Assembly (NCBI GenBank): GCA_964560025.1
Contig: CAZLKC010000001.1
Location: forward strand, 89,010 to 153,009
Direction: 5' to 3'
DNA length: 64,000 nt
Source of the DNA: an uncultured Dehalococcoidia bacterium
Lineage (GTDB): Bacteria > Chloroflexota > Dehalococcoidia > Lucifugimonadales > Australimonadaceae
The translations under genes were made by a program, and so were the position numbers. Positions 18,633 through 26,599 of this stretch are shown here, piece after piece (positions within the stretch are counted from its first letter, which is position 1; each line of letters starts with the position of its first letter). The notes below the pieces were generated by a model. The model was not told the origin of the DNA and did not search any database. It saw only the letters and a list, made by a program, of their open reading frames with translations.

Positions 18633-19113
18633 CGCCCCCCTACGCGTCGAACTCGCCGTCAACGGCGCGGCGCACAGCGTTACCGCGCAGCCGCGCGAGA
18701 CGCTGCTCGACGTGCTGCGCGAGCGCCTTGGCCTCACCGGCGCCAAGAGCTACTGCCACTCGGGAGCGTGCGGCGCATGCACGGTGCTGCTGGACGGCGA
18801 AGCCGTATCCGCGTGCAGCACCCTTATCGGCCAGGTCCGCGGCCGGGCGGTTACGACCGTCGAGGGGCTATCCGAAGACGGCGGCCTGCATCCGATACAG
18901 CAGGCGTTCATCGACCACTGGGGCTTCCAGTGCGGCTACTGCACGCCGGGCATGCTTCTGCTCGCCAAGTCGCTGCTGGACGCGAACCCCACCCCGACGG
19001 ACGAGCAGATAGTGGAGCATATGAGCGGCAACATCTGCCGCTGCACCGGCTACGCAGGCATCCTCGAATCGGTGCGCGCCGCCGCCCAAACGCTAGCGAG
19101 CGAGCGCCGCTAG
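18625..19113 (+). CDS. Molybdenum hydroxylase set 3, [2Fe-2S] small subunit (encoded after the large subunit)
   Basis: 162 aa with CHSGACGACTV, QCGYCTPGM and NICRCTGY. The start overlaps L3 by 8 nt. Confidence 0.9.
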   Translation: MASAPLRVELAVNGAAHSVTAQPRETLLDVLRERLGLTGAKSYCHSGACGACTVLLDGEAVSACSTLIGQVRGRAVTTVEGLSEDGGLHPIQQAFIDHWGFQCGYCTPGMLLLAKSLLDANPTPTDEQIVEHMSGNICRCTGYAGILESVRAAAQTLASERR

Positions 19114-19859
19114 CCTGAGGCCGCGGCGACGCGCCCCTGCGTGCGCTCGGCGTAGGCCTCGATCTCGCGCAGCACCTCCGCTAGGGGGAGCACGTCGGCG
19201 TACTTCTCGTGCATGTCGAACAGGTTGATGGCGTGCGGCGCCTCGTCGCGGTCGAACACGCACTCCTCCGCCACGATCATCCGGTAGCGGTAGCTGCATC
19301 CGTCCACCACCGTCGCGCGGACGCAGCCGCTCGTCGTCTCTCCCGCCACGATGACCGTGTCCACGCCCTCCTTGACGAAGTGGCTGACCAACGGCGTGCC
19401 GAAGAAGGCGCTGGGCGCCGTCTTGTAGAGCACCGCCTCGCCGGGGAGGGGCGCGACTTCGTCGATGATGTCGTACATACGGCGCTCGCGGTCGGCGCGC
19501 CCCTCGTCCACGTGCTTGGGCGCGGGGCGGCCGCCCCTGTTGGCGTAGCGCCAGTCCTTCACGCCCGACGACTGCTCCGAGAGGCCGGTGACGTAGGCGA
19601 CGGGGACGCCCGCGCCGCGCGCCGCCGCGAGGAGTTGCTGCACGTGCGGCAGCGCCTCCCAACCCGCCAGGCCGCAGCTGCCCGGCCAGCGCTTCACCGC
19701 CTCGAGCAGCGGCTCCGGCTCGTCGCCGAACACCCAGCGGTACATATCCACCAGCAGCAACCCAGGCTTCGCTCCAAAGCCGACCGGCGGCTGCATCAGC
19801 GACGCCGCCCGCGCGCGGTCTTGCTCCGACAGGTAACGCTCCCATATCCGCTCGGCCAT
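19110..19859 (-). CDS. Isochorismatase-family cysteine hydrolase (amidase; NicF/N-carbamoylsarcosine-amidase-like)
   Basis: PGLLLVDMY (Asp), KTAPSAFFGT (Lys) and VIVAGETTSGCVRATVVD (nucleophile Cys). I prefer the start MAERIWERY at 19859 because GGGAGGG sits 6 nt upstream; the track ORF extends to 19898. Confidence 0.85.
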   Translation of the reverse strand: MAERIWERYLSEQDRARAASLMQPPVGFGAKPGLLLVDMYRWVFGDEPEPLLEAVKRWPGSCGLAGWEALPHVQQLLAAARGAGVPVAYVTGLSEQSSGVKDWRYANRGGRPAPKHVDEGRADRERRMYDIIDEVAPLPGEAVLYKTAPSAFFGTPLVSHFVKEGVDTVIVAGETTSGCVRATVVDGCSYRYRMIVAEECVFDRDEAPHAINLFDMHEKYADVLPLAEVLREIEAYAERTQGRVAAASG

Positions 19860-19923
19860 CTCGCGCCCTCCCAACGTAGTGCGCCCCAACGCTAGCACAC
19901 CCGGCGGGCACGCGGGGCTGCGC

Positions 19924-20712
19924 CTACGGCAGCGCCGCCAGCTGCCGCAGGTAGGCCCATAGGCCGCTCTGCGCCTGCGTGCGCGCCGCGCCTAGGCCCT
20001 CCACGTGCGCCTCGGCGGCTTGGAAGTGCGGTTGGCGGCTGCGCGAGCGGGAGGACTCGACCCAGTCGTCCACCTCTTCCGGCGACAAGCGGGGGTGGTC
20101 CGGTCCGGCGGCGCAGCGCGCCCACCAGTTCATCCGCGCCTGCTCCTCCAACTCCAGCATGCTCACCACCGCCTCCTCCAGCGACGCGCCGACGGTTACC
20201 GCGCCGTGGCCGCGCAGCAGCGCCGCCCGCGCCCCGCCGAGCGTCTCCGCCACCGCCACGCCGTCCGCCTCCGACACGATGAGGCGCGGATGCGGATAGA
20301 CGGGCAGCGGGTCGCGCACCAACACGTTCCCCTCGTTGCACATCGGCGCGATGCCGCCGCCCAGCACGCTCAGTAGCGTCGCGTAGCGCAGATGCACGTG
20401 CACGACCGCCTGCGCGTCGGGTCGCGCGCGCAGGATGCACGCGTGCAGCATCACCTCGCTCACTTGCGATACGCCCGGCGGCGCTTCGACCAGCGTCCCG
20501 TCCAACGCGCAGACGACCATATCCTCCGCGCGCATCACCGCCAGCGCGTCCACCGCGTAGCCCCGCCCCTTGGTGACGAACCGCTCCGGCTCGCCCGGCA
20601 ACCGCAAAGAGGCGTGCCCAAGCGAAGCGAGCACGCCCGCCGCCAACCCCGTCTGCGCGAGGATGCGGTTCGCCTCCGCCGTCTGCTCCTTCGCGTCGTC
20701 CAGGCTGCTCAT
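19924..20712 (-). CDS. Class II aldolase/adducin-domain protein
   Basis: GHASLRLP, VMLHACILRARPDAQAVVHVHLRY and LLRGHGAVTVG (metal-binding His pattern). Start MSSLDDAKEQ has AAGGAG 7 nt upstream; the track ORF extends to 20745. Confidence 0.85.
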   Translation of the reverse strand: MSSLDDAKEQTAEANRILAQTGLAAGVLASLGHASLRLPGEPERFVTKGRGYAVDALAVMRAEDMVVCALDGTLVEAPPGVSQVSEVMLHACILRARPDAQAVVHVHLRYATLLSVLGGGIAPMCNEGNVLVRDPLPVYPHPRLIVSEADGVAVAETLGGARAALLRGHGAVTVGASLEEAVVSMLELEEQARMNWWARCAAGPDHPRLSPEEVDDWVESSRSRSRQPHFQAAEAHVEGLGAARTQAQSGLWAYLRQLAALP

Positions 20713-20741
20713 CGGCGGCTCCTTCATCGGGCAGGGCGGCC

Positions 20742-21197
20742 TCACGCCTGGCTTTCGTCTCTGATGAGGTCGTCCAGGGCGACGATGGGCAATTCTTGGA
20801 CACGGCGGAAGTCGGCGTCATTGGTGATGAAGAGAGCGCACCCGGCTTGCTTGGCGGTTGCCGCGTGGAGCGCGTCGGGCGTCTCTAGCCCCGTCTCGGC
20901 GCGAAGTCGGGCCGCCTCTTCAACTATCGCGTACGAAACGCCAATTAGTGTAACGACCTCAGAGCTGAATATCTCGTGGTATTGCTTTTCAATATCCGTG
21001 TTGCTGTCTCGGAGCGGTTTTACTAGTGTTTCGATCACAATGACGGGACTGCTTACGATTATGAGATTTCCAGTCTGCGCTTGCTCCCACATCGGCTCCA
21101 GCAGCGCTCGATAAGGCTTGATGCGTTCAACGCTGTAGATGAGACTGCTGGCGTCGAGATAGATTAGTCCACTGGACGGAAGCGTCAGCGCCCCCAC
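20742..21197 (-). CDS. vapC: PIN-domain ribonuclease toxin (VapC-like)
   Basis: 151 aa with LIYLDASSLIY (first acidic residue), ...ETP-DALHAATA and FITNDADF, the PIN acidic quartet pattern. GTG start overlaps the upstream antitoxin gene by 13 nt. The local sequence is visibly more AT-rich. Confidence 0.8.
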   Translation of the reverse strand: MGALTLPSSGLIYLDASSLIYSVERIKPYRALLEPMWEQAQTGNLIIVSSPVIVIETLVKPLRDSNTDIEKQYHEIFSSEVVTLIGVSYAIVEEAARLRAETGLETPDALHAATAKQAGCALFITNDADFRRVQELPIVALDDLIRDESQA

Positions 21198-21538
21198 GAT
21201 GCCTTCTCTCCCGCTAGATACTCCCGCACCTCTTCGGCGGTCTGAAAGAGGCGGCGCTCGGGGCCGCTGTTGAGGATGTCAAGGATGGAGCGCTTCTCCG
21301 AAGGTGAGCGTTCCCACGAAGCCTTCTCTTCGGCCAAGTACTCCCGCACTTCCTCGGCTGTCTTGAAGAGGCGGTGGCCCGGCGCCTCCGCGAGGATGTC
21401 AACGACGGAGCGCTTCTCCGAGGGCGCGGGACAGTGCACCTCCACTTCCACCGACTGCCCCGGCTCCAGCTCGGGGCAGACAATCTCCACTTTGCCGCCG
21501 GGGAGGACGGTCGCCGTTTGGCGCAGCACTTTCTCCAT
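21185..21538 (-). CDS. vapB: Putative antitoxin (AF2212/DUF104-like N-terminus) with a duplicated 40-aa C-terminal module
   Basis: 117 aa directly upstream of and overlapping the PIN gene. The N-terminus TATVLPGGKVEIVCPELEPGQSVEVEV resembles small antitoxin beta-domains. The C-terminus is two tandem copies of PSEKRS(V/I)(V/L)DIL...RLF(K/Q)TAEEVREYLA(E/G)EKASW. Confidence 0.65.
   Translation of the reverse strand: MEKVLRQTATVLPGGKVEIVCPELEPGQSVEVEVHCPAPSEKRSVVDILAEAPGHRLFKTAEEVREYLAEEKASWERSPSEKRSILDILNSGPERRLFQTAEEVREYLAGEKASWGR
21188..21424 (-). repeat. Intragenic tandem duplication (2 x about 120 bp) within the antitoxin gene
   Basis: 21193-21312 and 21313-21432 align base-for-base with scattered substitutions (for example CCCACGATGCCTTCTCT.. 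vs CCCACGAAGCCTTCTCT.. and GGAGCGCTTCTCCGA in both). Confidence 0.85.
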
Positions 21539-21710
21539 AATTGCGGTCCTCGTTTCGGCTGTGCGCTGCGCCTAGTCTACACCAGCGTGAGGCGGGGATA
21601 GGGCGGCTGCGGCGGCCCTGCGCCCGTCTGCGGTACAGTGCCTCAGACGGGCAACCTACGCTGGCTCACGACTCGGCGGGAGGGCAAGCCGTCGCAAGGA
21701 GGAGGTCATC

Positions 21711-22157
21711 ATGCCGCACGAAGCATTCATCGAAGCAGCCATCGCCGAGGCGCTCGCTTCCAAGGCGGACGGCGGGCAGCCGTTCGGCGCGGTGCTGGTC
21801 AAGGACGGCGAGGTCGTGGCGCGCGGGCGCAACCGCGTGAACCAGGACGGCGACCCCACCTCGCACGCCGAGCTGAACCTGCTGCGCGACTTCTGCTCGT
21901 CGCGGCGCCAGGCCGACCTGCGCAGCTACGCCGTCTACGCCAGTTTCGAGCCGTGCGCGATGTGCGCCGCCGCCATCGCGTGGGCGGGCGTGTCCCTCGT
22001 CGCCTACGGCGCCGACGCCGGCGACCTGCCCTCCGCCTACCCGCGCCGCGCCAACCCGCTCTCTTGCGCCGAGGTGCTGGAGCGGTTCGGCAGCGAGGCG
22101 GTCGTCGCGCCGCACGTGCTCCGCGCGCAAGCCGCCGCCGTGTTCGGGGACGGCTAG
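21711..22157 (+). CDS. CMP/dCMP-type zinc deaminase (nucleoside/guanine/tRNA-adenosine deaminase family)
   Basis: 148 aa with the HAELNLL (H-A-E) and PCAMCAAAI (PCxxC) zinc-binding motifs. GGAGGAGG is 6 nt upstream of the ATG. Confidence 0.85.
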   Translation: MPHEAFIEAAIAEALASKADGGQPFGAVLVKDGEVVARGRNRVNQDGDPTSHAELNLLRDFCSSRRQADLRSYAVYASFEPCAMCAAAIAWAGVSLVAYGADAGDLPSAYPRRANPLSCAEVLERFGSEAVVAPHVLRAQAAAVFGDG

Positions 22158-22211
22158 CGGCGCATTCCCTATACTGCCCTCCGGCGATTACAACGCGTCG
22201 GGAGGGCAAGC

Positions 22212-23066
22212 GTGCCATTCATTTCCACGAGCGGGCTGACCGAACAGGCCACCGAGAAGACCATCGAGATCGACGGCGTGCCCGTGGTCTACCACGACGT
22301 AGGCGAGGGGCCGCCCGCGCTCTTCCTCCATTCGCACGGCCCCGGCACGACCGCGTGGATCACGTGGCACAAGGTGGTGGACGAGTTCGCCAAGCACTTC
22401 CGCTGCATCCTCTACGATATGCCCAACTTCACGAAGACGGGGCCGATGGTCTACGAGGACGGCAGCCACGCCGTCCAGGCGCGCGTCGGCGCGCAGTTGC
22501 TGGACGCGCTGGGCATCGAACGCTGTCCGTGGGTCGGCAACTCGCAGGGCGGCCAATCCGCCCTCAGCGCTGCCATTCGCCACCCCGAGCGCGTCTCGAA
22601 GTTCGTCCTGGGCGGCAGCCACATCGCCACCGGCGGCGACATCTACTTCCTCGCCACGCGCCCCGACGAGGCGGGCTACTTCACCGAATTGGCTCGGCGC
22701 GACCCGACGCGGGAGCATATGCGCCTCTACCTCTCGCGGCACATCTACAACCCGGCGCTGATTACGGACGAGTTAGTGGACTATGTGCGCGACCACTACG
22801 TCTCGCGTCCCGACCTGATAGAAGCGCGCAACGCCTCCAAGAGCGTGCCGCACGACTACCGCCCGCAGGTTCCGAGCGTGCGCGCGCCCGCGATGCTGGT
22901 GCATGGCCGCCACGACAAGATGGTGCCGCTGGAGATCAGCATCACGCTGGTGGGCTTGCTGCCGGACGCGCGGTTGCTCGTATTCAACGACACGGCGCAC
23001 TGGACGCCCTTCGAGAATCCCAGGGAGTACGCGCGGCACGTCCTGCCCTTCCTGCTCGACGGCTAG
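22212..23066 (+). CDS. Alpha/beta-fold hydrolase (C-C/C-N bond hydrolase, BphD/NicD-like)
   Basis: 284 aa, GTG start. LFLHSHGPG, nucleophile elbow VGNSQGG and C-terminal FNDTAHWTPFENP (His). Confidence 0.8.
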   Translation: MPFISTSGLTEQATEKTIEIDGVPVVYHDVGEGPPALFLHSHGPGTTAWITWHKVVDEFAKHFRCILYDMPNFTKTGPMVYEDGSHAVQARVGAQLLDALGIERCPWVGNSQGGQSALSAAIRHPERVSKFVLGGSHIATGGDIYFLATRPDEAGYFTELARRDPTREHMRLYLSRHIYNPALITDELVDYVRDHYVSRPDLIEARNASKSVPHDYRPQVPSVRAPAMLVHGRHDKMVPLEISITLVGLLPDARLLVFNDTAHWTPFENPREYARHVLPFLLDG

Positions 23067-23072
23067 CGGCGC

Positions 23073-24497
23073 ATGGCCCAGGCGCCGACGGCATCGGGGT
23101 GGCGGCGCGGCCGCCAGATGGGGCTGCAATGGCTCTTCGACATCGCAGGCCCCTTCCACATCAGCGGCGCGGTCGTCCTGCTGCCTTTCATCCAGGACGA
23201 CTACGCCATCTCCACCGCCGCCGTCGCGTGGGCCGTCGTCGTCTACTTCCTCTCCAGCGCCGTCTTCACCCTCCCCGCCGCCTACCTTGGCAACGCCGCC
23301 GGGCGCAAGAAACTCGTACTCATCGGCGTCGCCATCGACATGCTCTCGCAGTTCGCCCTCTTCCTCGCGCCTCCCTTCTGGCTGTTCGTGCTGGTGCGCA
23401 TGGCAGGCGGGGCAGGGAATGCGATGGTCGTCCCGAACCTCAACCCCATCACCATCGGCGTGTTTCCTCGCCAGCGGCGCGGGCGCGCTATCGGCTACAT
23501 CATGCTTGGCCTCGGATTCGGCATCGTCCTCAGCACCGTCGTCGCCGGCGTGATTGCCGACGCCGCCGGGTGGCGCTACCTGTTCCTGCTCACGGGCGTT
23601 ATGTACACGGCGCTGTTCGCAGGCGTGGCGCTCTTCTCGCGCGAATCGGAGGCGCCGAGCTCGCTGCCGGGCGCCCTCAAGCGCATGGACTATTCCGGCA
23701 TGGTGTTGCTCACGGCGCTGCTGGTGTGCCTCACCGTCGGCGTGCAGCGCCTGGGCAGCTCGCTGACCGACCCGTTGGGGTGGTCGCTCGGCGGCGTGGC
23801 TATCCCGCTCGCGGCGGTGTTCGTCTACGCCGAGCGCCGAGCCGCCCGCCCCTTGGCGCCGCTCGACCTGTTTGCGCAGAAGGGATTCTCCGCCGCCGTG
23901 GGCCAGCTCTTCACAATGACGATCATGCGCTCCGCCCACGCCTTCCTCCTGCCTTTCTACCTCATCCAAGGCCTGGGCTGGAGCGGGTCGCTCGCGGGCA
24001 GCATCCAGATTGCCTTGAACGCGGGGCAGCCGGTGTTCGGCCCCATTGTCGGGGCGCTGGCGGACAGGACGGGCGCGCGCGTCTTCATCCTGCTTGCGCA
24101 GGCGCTGATGGCGGGAGGCACCATCGCGCTGATGTCGCTCGGCGCGGCGCCCGGCCCCGTGCTCGTGGCGCTCTCACTCGGCCTCATCGGCGCATCCCTC
24201 GGCGTCTTCAGGCCGCCCAACCTGAAAGTCATCTACGACGCGGTGCCGCCCGAGCGGATGAGCCTCGCCCCTGGCGTGCAGGTGCTGACCGCGCACACCA
24301 GCAACGCCATCGGCTCGTCGTTCGTCGCCGTCATGCTCGCCTTCTTCCTGAGCAGCGGCGCGGCCAACGCCGCCGCCTACCGGAATTCCCTGCTGGTGAT
24401 GCTCGCCGGGTTTCTCATCGTCAACGGCGCGATATGGGTGTTTGTTCGCGGCGGACGCGCGGCGGCGCGCGCTGAACGCGACGCAAGGGCAAGATAG
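23073..24497 (+). CDS. MFS transporter (14-helix drug/metabolite:H+ antiporter-like)
   Basis: 474 aa, strongly hydrophobic. Has the MFS motif A-like GNAAGRKKLVLIG and length typical of the DHA2-type. Confidence 0.8.
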   Translation: MAQAPTASGWRRGRQMGLQWLFDIAGPFHISGAVVLLPFIQDDYAISTAAVAWAVVVYFLSSAVFTLPAAYLGNAAGRKKLVLIGVAIDMLSQFALFLAPPFWLFVLVRMAGGAGNAMVVPNLNPITIGVFPRQRRGRAIGYIMLGLGFGIVLSTVVAGVIADAAGWRYLFLLTGVMYTALFAGVALFSRESEAPSSLPGALKRMDYSGMVLLTALLVCLTVGVQRLGSSLTDPLGWSLGGVAIPLAAVFVYAERRAARPLAPLDLFAQKGFSAAVGQLFTMTIMRSAHAFLLPFYLIQGLGWSGSLAGSIQIALNAGQPVFGPIVGALADRTGARVFILLAQALMAGGTIALMSLGAAPGPVLVALSLGLIGASLGVFRPPNLKVIYDAVPPERMSLAPGVQVLTAHTSNAIGSSFVAVMLAFFLSSGAANAAAYRNSLLVMLAGFLIVNGAIWVFVRGGRAAARAERDARAR

Positions 24498-24506
24498 ACT
24501 ACGCGT

Positions 24507-24674
24507 ATGGAGGCCTCCCCGCACGACCGCTCCAAGCGAGAGGCCAAGCTGCGCGCCATCGCCGACACCGCCCGGCATCAGTTCCCGACTGCGGACATCG
24601 AGGTGATGCTCGCGGAGATTGACGCGGGGCGGCGGCTGAGCTCCGCGTTCGAGGCGCATCGCGAACAGGGGTGA
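24507..24674 (+). CDS. Possible small ORF (55 aa), unknown function
   Basis: ATG at 24507 to TGA at 24672-24674, translating to MEASPHDRSKREAKLRAIADTARHQFPTADIEVMLAEIDAGRRLSSAFEAHREQG. Below the track's length cut-off; non-repetitive, helical-looking composition. No homology evidence. Confidence 0.25.
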   Translation: MEASPHDRSKREAKLRAIADTARHQFPTADIEVMLAEIDAGRRLSSAFEAHREQG

Positions 24675-24748
24675 CGCCCGCCCTTGCGTGTGGCGCGCCG
24701 CCCGTTGACACTGCGCTTCGCGGCGCATCTGCGCCCTAGGAGCGCGCC

Positions 24749-25678
24749 ATGCAGACCATCAAGCCCGATATGGGCGACCTCCCCTACGTCATCGGCCCCT
24801 ACAAGGAGCCTATCGCCTCCGTTAGCCCCGGCGAGACCTTCCGCGTCGAGACGCTCGACGCTTTCGCTGACCGCGTCGACTCGCCCGACGCCGACCTCGC
24901 CAAGATCGTCCGCGTCCCTTACGTCAACCCCTGCACCGGCCCCATCTACGTCGAGGGCGCGGAGCCCGGCGACACGCTCACCGTGCGCGTCGACGACATC
25001 GTCCTGCCGCGCGACTACGCCGTCAGCGCCATCATCCCCGACTTCGGCGGCGTGTGCGGCACCGTGCTCACCCGCGTCCTGAACGCGCCGTTGGAGCAGC
25101 GCCTGCTGCTGCACCCCATCACGAGCGAGGGCATCGTCCACGACCCCAGCCTCAATATCCCGCCCATCCCCATCGAAGCGTTCTACGGCACCATCGGCAC
25201 GGCGCCCGCCGTCGAGGCCGTCTCCACGCTCTCCGCCGGGTTCCACGGCGGCAACCTCGACGCCGCCGACGTTTGCCCCGGCAACGTCGTGATGCTGCCA
25301 GTGCAAGTCCCCGGCGCGCTGCTGTTCATCGGCGACGGCCACGCCGCCCAGGGCGACGCGGAGATATGCGGCGTGGCCGCCGAGACGCCGACCATCGGCA
25401 CGCTCACCGTTGGCCTAGTCAAAGGGCGCGCCATCGCCACGCCTCGCATCGAAAACGACGAGTTCATCATGTCCGTCGGCAGCGCGCGCCCCTTGGAGGA
25501 CGCGGCGCGCGTCGCTTTCTACGACCTGGTCACCTGGGTCGAGGCGGACTACGGCGTCGACCGCTTCGCCGCCTACCAACTCGCCTCGCAAGTGGCCAAG
25601 GTGCGCCTCGCCAACGTGGTGGACGTGCTCTACTCCATCGTCGCCAAGTTCCCCAAGCGCTACCTCCCGCCCGCGTAG
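24749..25678 (+). CDS. Acetamidase/formamidase-family amidohydrolase
   Basis: 309 aa. PGETFRVETLDAF, NPCTGPIYVEGAEPGDTL and FIGDGHAAQGDAEICG are characteristic of the FmdA/AmdA family. Confidence 0.85.
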   Translation: MQTIKPDMGDLPYVIGPYKEPIASVSPGETFRVETLDAFADRVDSPDADLAKIVRVPYVNPCTGPIYVEGAEPGDTLTVRVDDIVLPRDYAVSAIIPDFGGVCGTVLTRVLNAPLEQRLLLHPITSEGIVHDPSLNIPPIPIEAFYGTIGTAPAVEAVSTLSAGFHGGNLDAADVCPGNVVMLPVQVPGALLFIGDGHAAQGDAEICGVAAETPTIGTLTVGLVKGRAIATPRIENDEFIMSVGSARPLEDAARVAFYDLVTWVEADYGVDRFAAYQLASQVAKVRLANVVDVLYSIVAKFPKRYLPPA

Positions 25679-25741
25679 GCGAGGCATAACCAACCCTTAG
25701 CGCCTGCCTAACGCCCCCTTCCCATCGGGGCGCTACGCTGC

Positions 25742-26599
25742 ATGCGCAACCCGTACTTGCGGGAAGGCGCTATGGAGCGGGCTCCCATCAGAATCATCGC
25801 CCACCGAGGCGCAAGCGCGTGCGCCCCTGAGAACACGCTCGCCGCGTTCGACGCCGCCGTCCGTATGGGGGTCCACGAGGTCGAGGCCGACGCGCGCCTC
25901 TCTGCCGACGGCCACCCGGTGCTGATCCACGACGCCGCGTTGGAGCGCACGACGAACGGCGCGGGACTCGTCCGCCACACCTCTCTCTCCGACCTCGCGA
26001 GCCTCGACGCGGGTTCGTGGTGGGCGCCGCTGCCCGACAAGCTCGCCCCCTTTGCCGGACAACCGCCGCTCGGCGGATTCGAGGGCGAGGCCGTGCCTGC
26101 GCTGCGCGACCTGTTCAATGCCTTCGGCGACGCGCCGGTCTACCACGTAGACCTCAAAGACGACGGCCCAGCCCTCGCGCGCCGCGTCGCCGGCACGGCA
26201 GCCGCCGTCGGCCTCTCCTCCAACGTCATCGTAACCGGCCACAGCCTCGCCGCTCTCGAAGAGGCGCGCCGCATCGAGAGCCGCATCCGCATCGGATGGA
26301 CGATGACCCGCGCGGGAGGGACGCTCGACTCCGACCATGTCCGCCTCGCCGCCGAACGCTGCGTCACCGAGGTGGTGATGAACGCGGCGGAGGCGCCGCG
26401 CTGGCTCGTGCGCTACGCGCGCCGCCAGGGCTTGCACGTTCGTCTGTTCGGGTTGGCGGACGGCGACGCGGTGGCGGAGGCCGTGCACGCCGGCGCGTCC
26501 GCCCTCACGCTGGACTATCCCAGCGCCGCCGCCGTGGAGCGCATCGGCGCGCGCGCCGAGTTCGAACCCCTGCCTTCGCGGTTGGGGTTGGCGGCGTGA
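25742..26599 (+). CDS. Glycerophosphodiester phosphodiesterase (GDPD family)
   Basis: IIAHRGASACAPENTLAAFDAA and VEADARLSADGHPVLIHD motifs. The real start may be the second Met at 25772. Confidence 0.85.
   Translation: MRNPYLREGAMERAPIRIIAHRGASACAPENTLAAFDAAVRMGVHEVEADARLSADGHPVLIHDAALERTTNGAGLVRHTSLSDLASLDAGSWWAPLPDKLAPFAGQPPLGGFEGEAVPALRDLFNAFGDAPVYHVDLKDDGPALARRVAGTAAAVGLSSNVIVTGHSLAALEEARRIESRIRIGWTMTRAGGTLDSDHVRLAAERCVTEVVMNAAEAPRWLVRYARRQGLHVRLFGLADGDAVAEAVHAGASALTLDYPSAAAVERIGARAEFEPLPSRLGLAA

Noticed and set aside
21622-21652. 9-bp hairpin GCCCGTCTG-N13-CAGACGGGC in the vapB/deaminase intergenic region
   Set aside because: No U-tract and no second copy. It could be an operator for the TA module, but there is no supporting evidence.
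22175-22208. Hairpin TGCCCTCC-N18-GGAGGGCA whose 3' arm covers the SD of the a/b-hydrolase gene; the GGGAGGGCAAGC motif also occurs at 21678
   Set aside because: Only 8 bp with a large loop. The second occurrence lacks a complementary arm. It is more simply two similar ribosome-binding regions, so I do not call it a regulatory element.
21638-24475. 945-aa track ORF spanning four annotated genes; similar long ORFs at 53..1297, 1576..2256, 3596..4930, 4943..5974, 12064..13710, 12197..14194, 17210..19012, 28907..30082, 33058..34737, 37496..38908, 39745..41097, 42099..43517, 50291..51967
   Set aside because: These are alternate-frame or antisense read-throughs typical of ~70% GC DNA. They have extreme Arg/Ala/Gly/Pro composition and no motifs, and each fully overlaps CDSs with strong family signatures in another frame.
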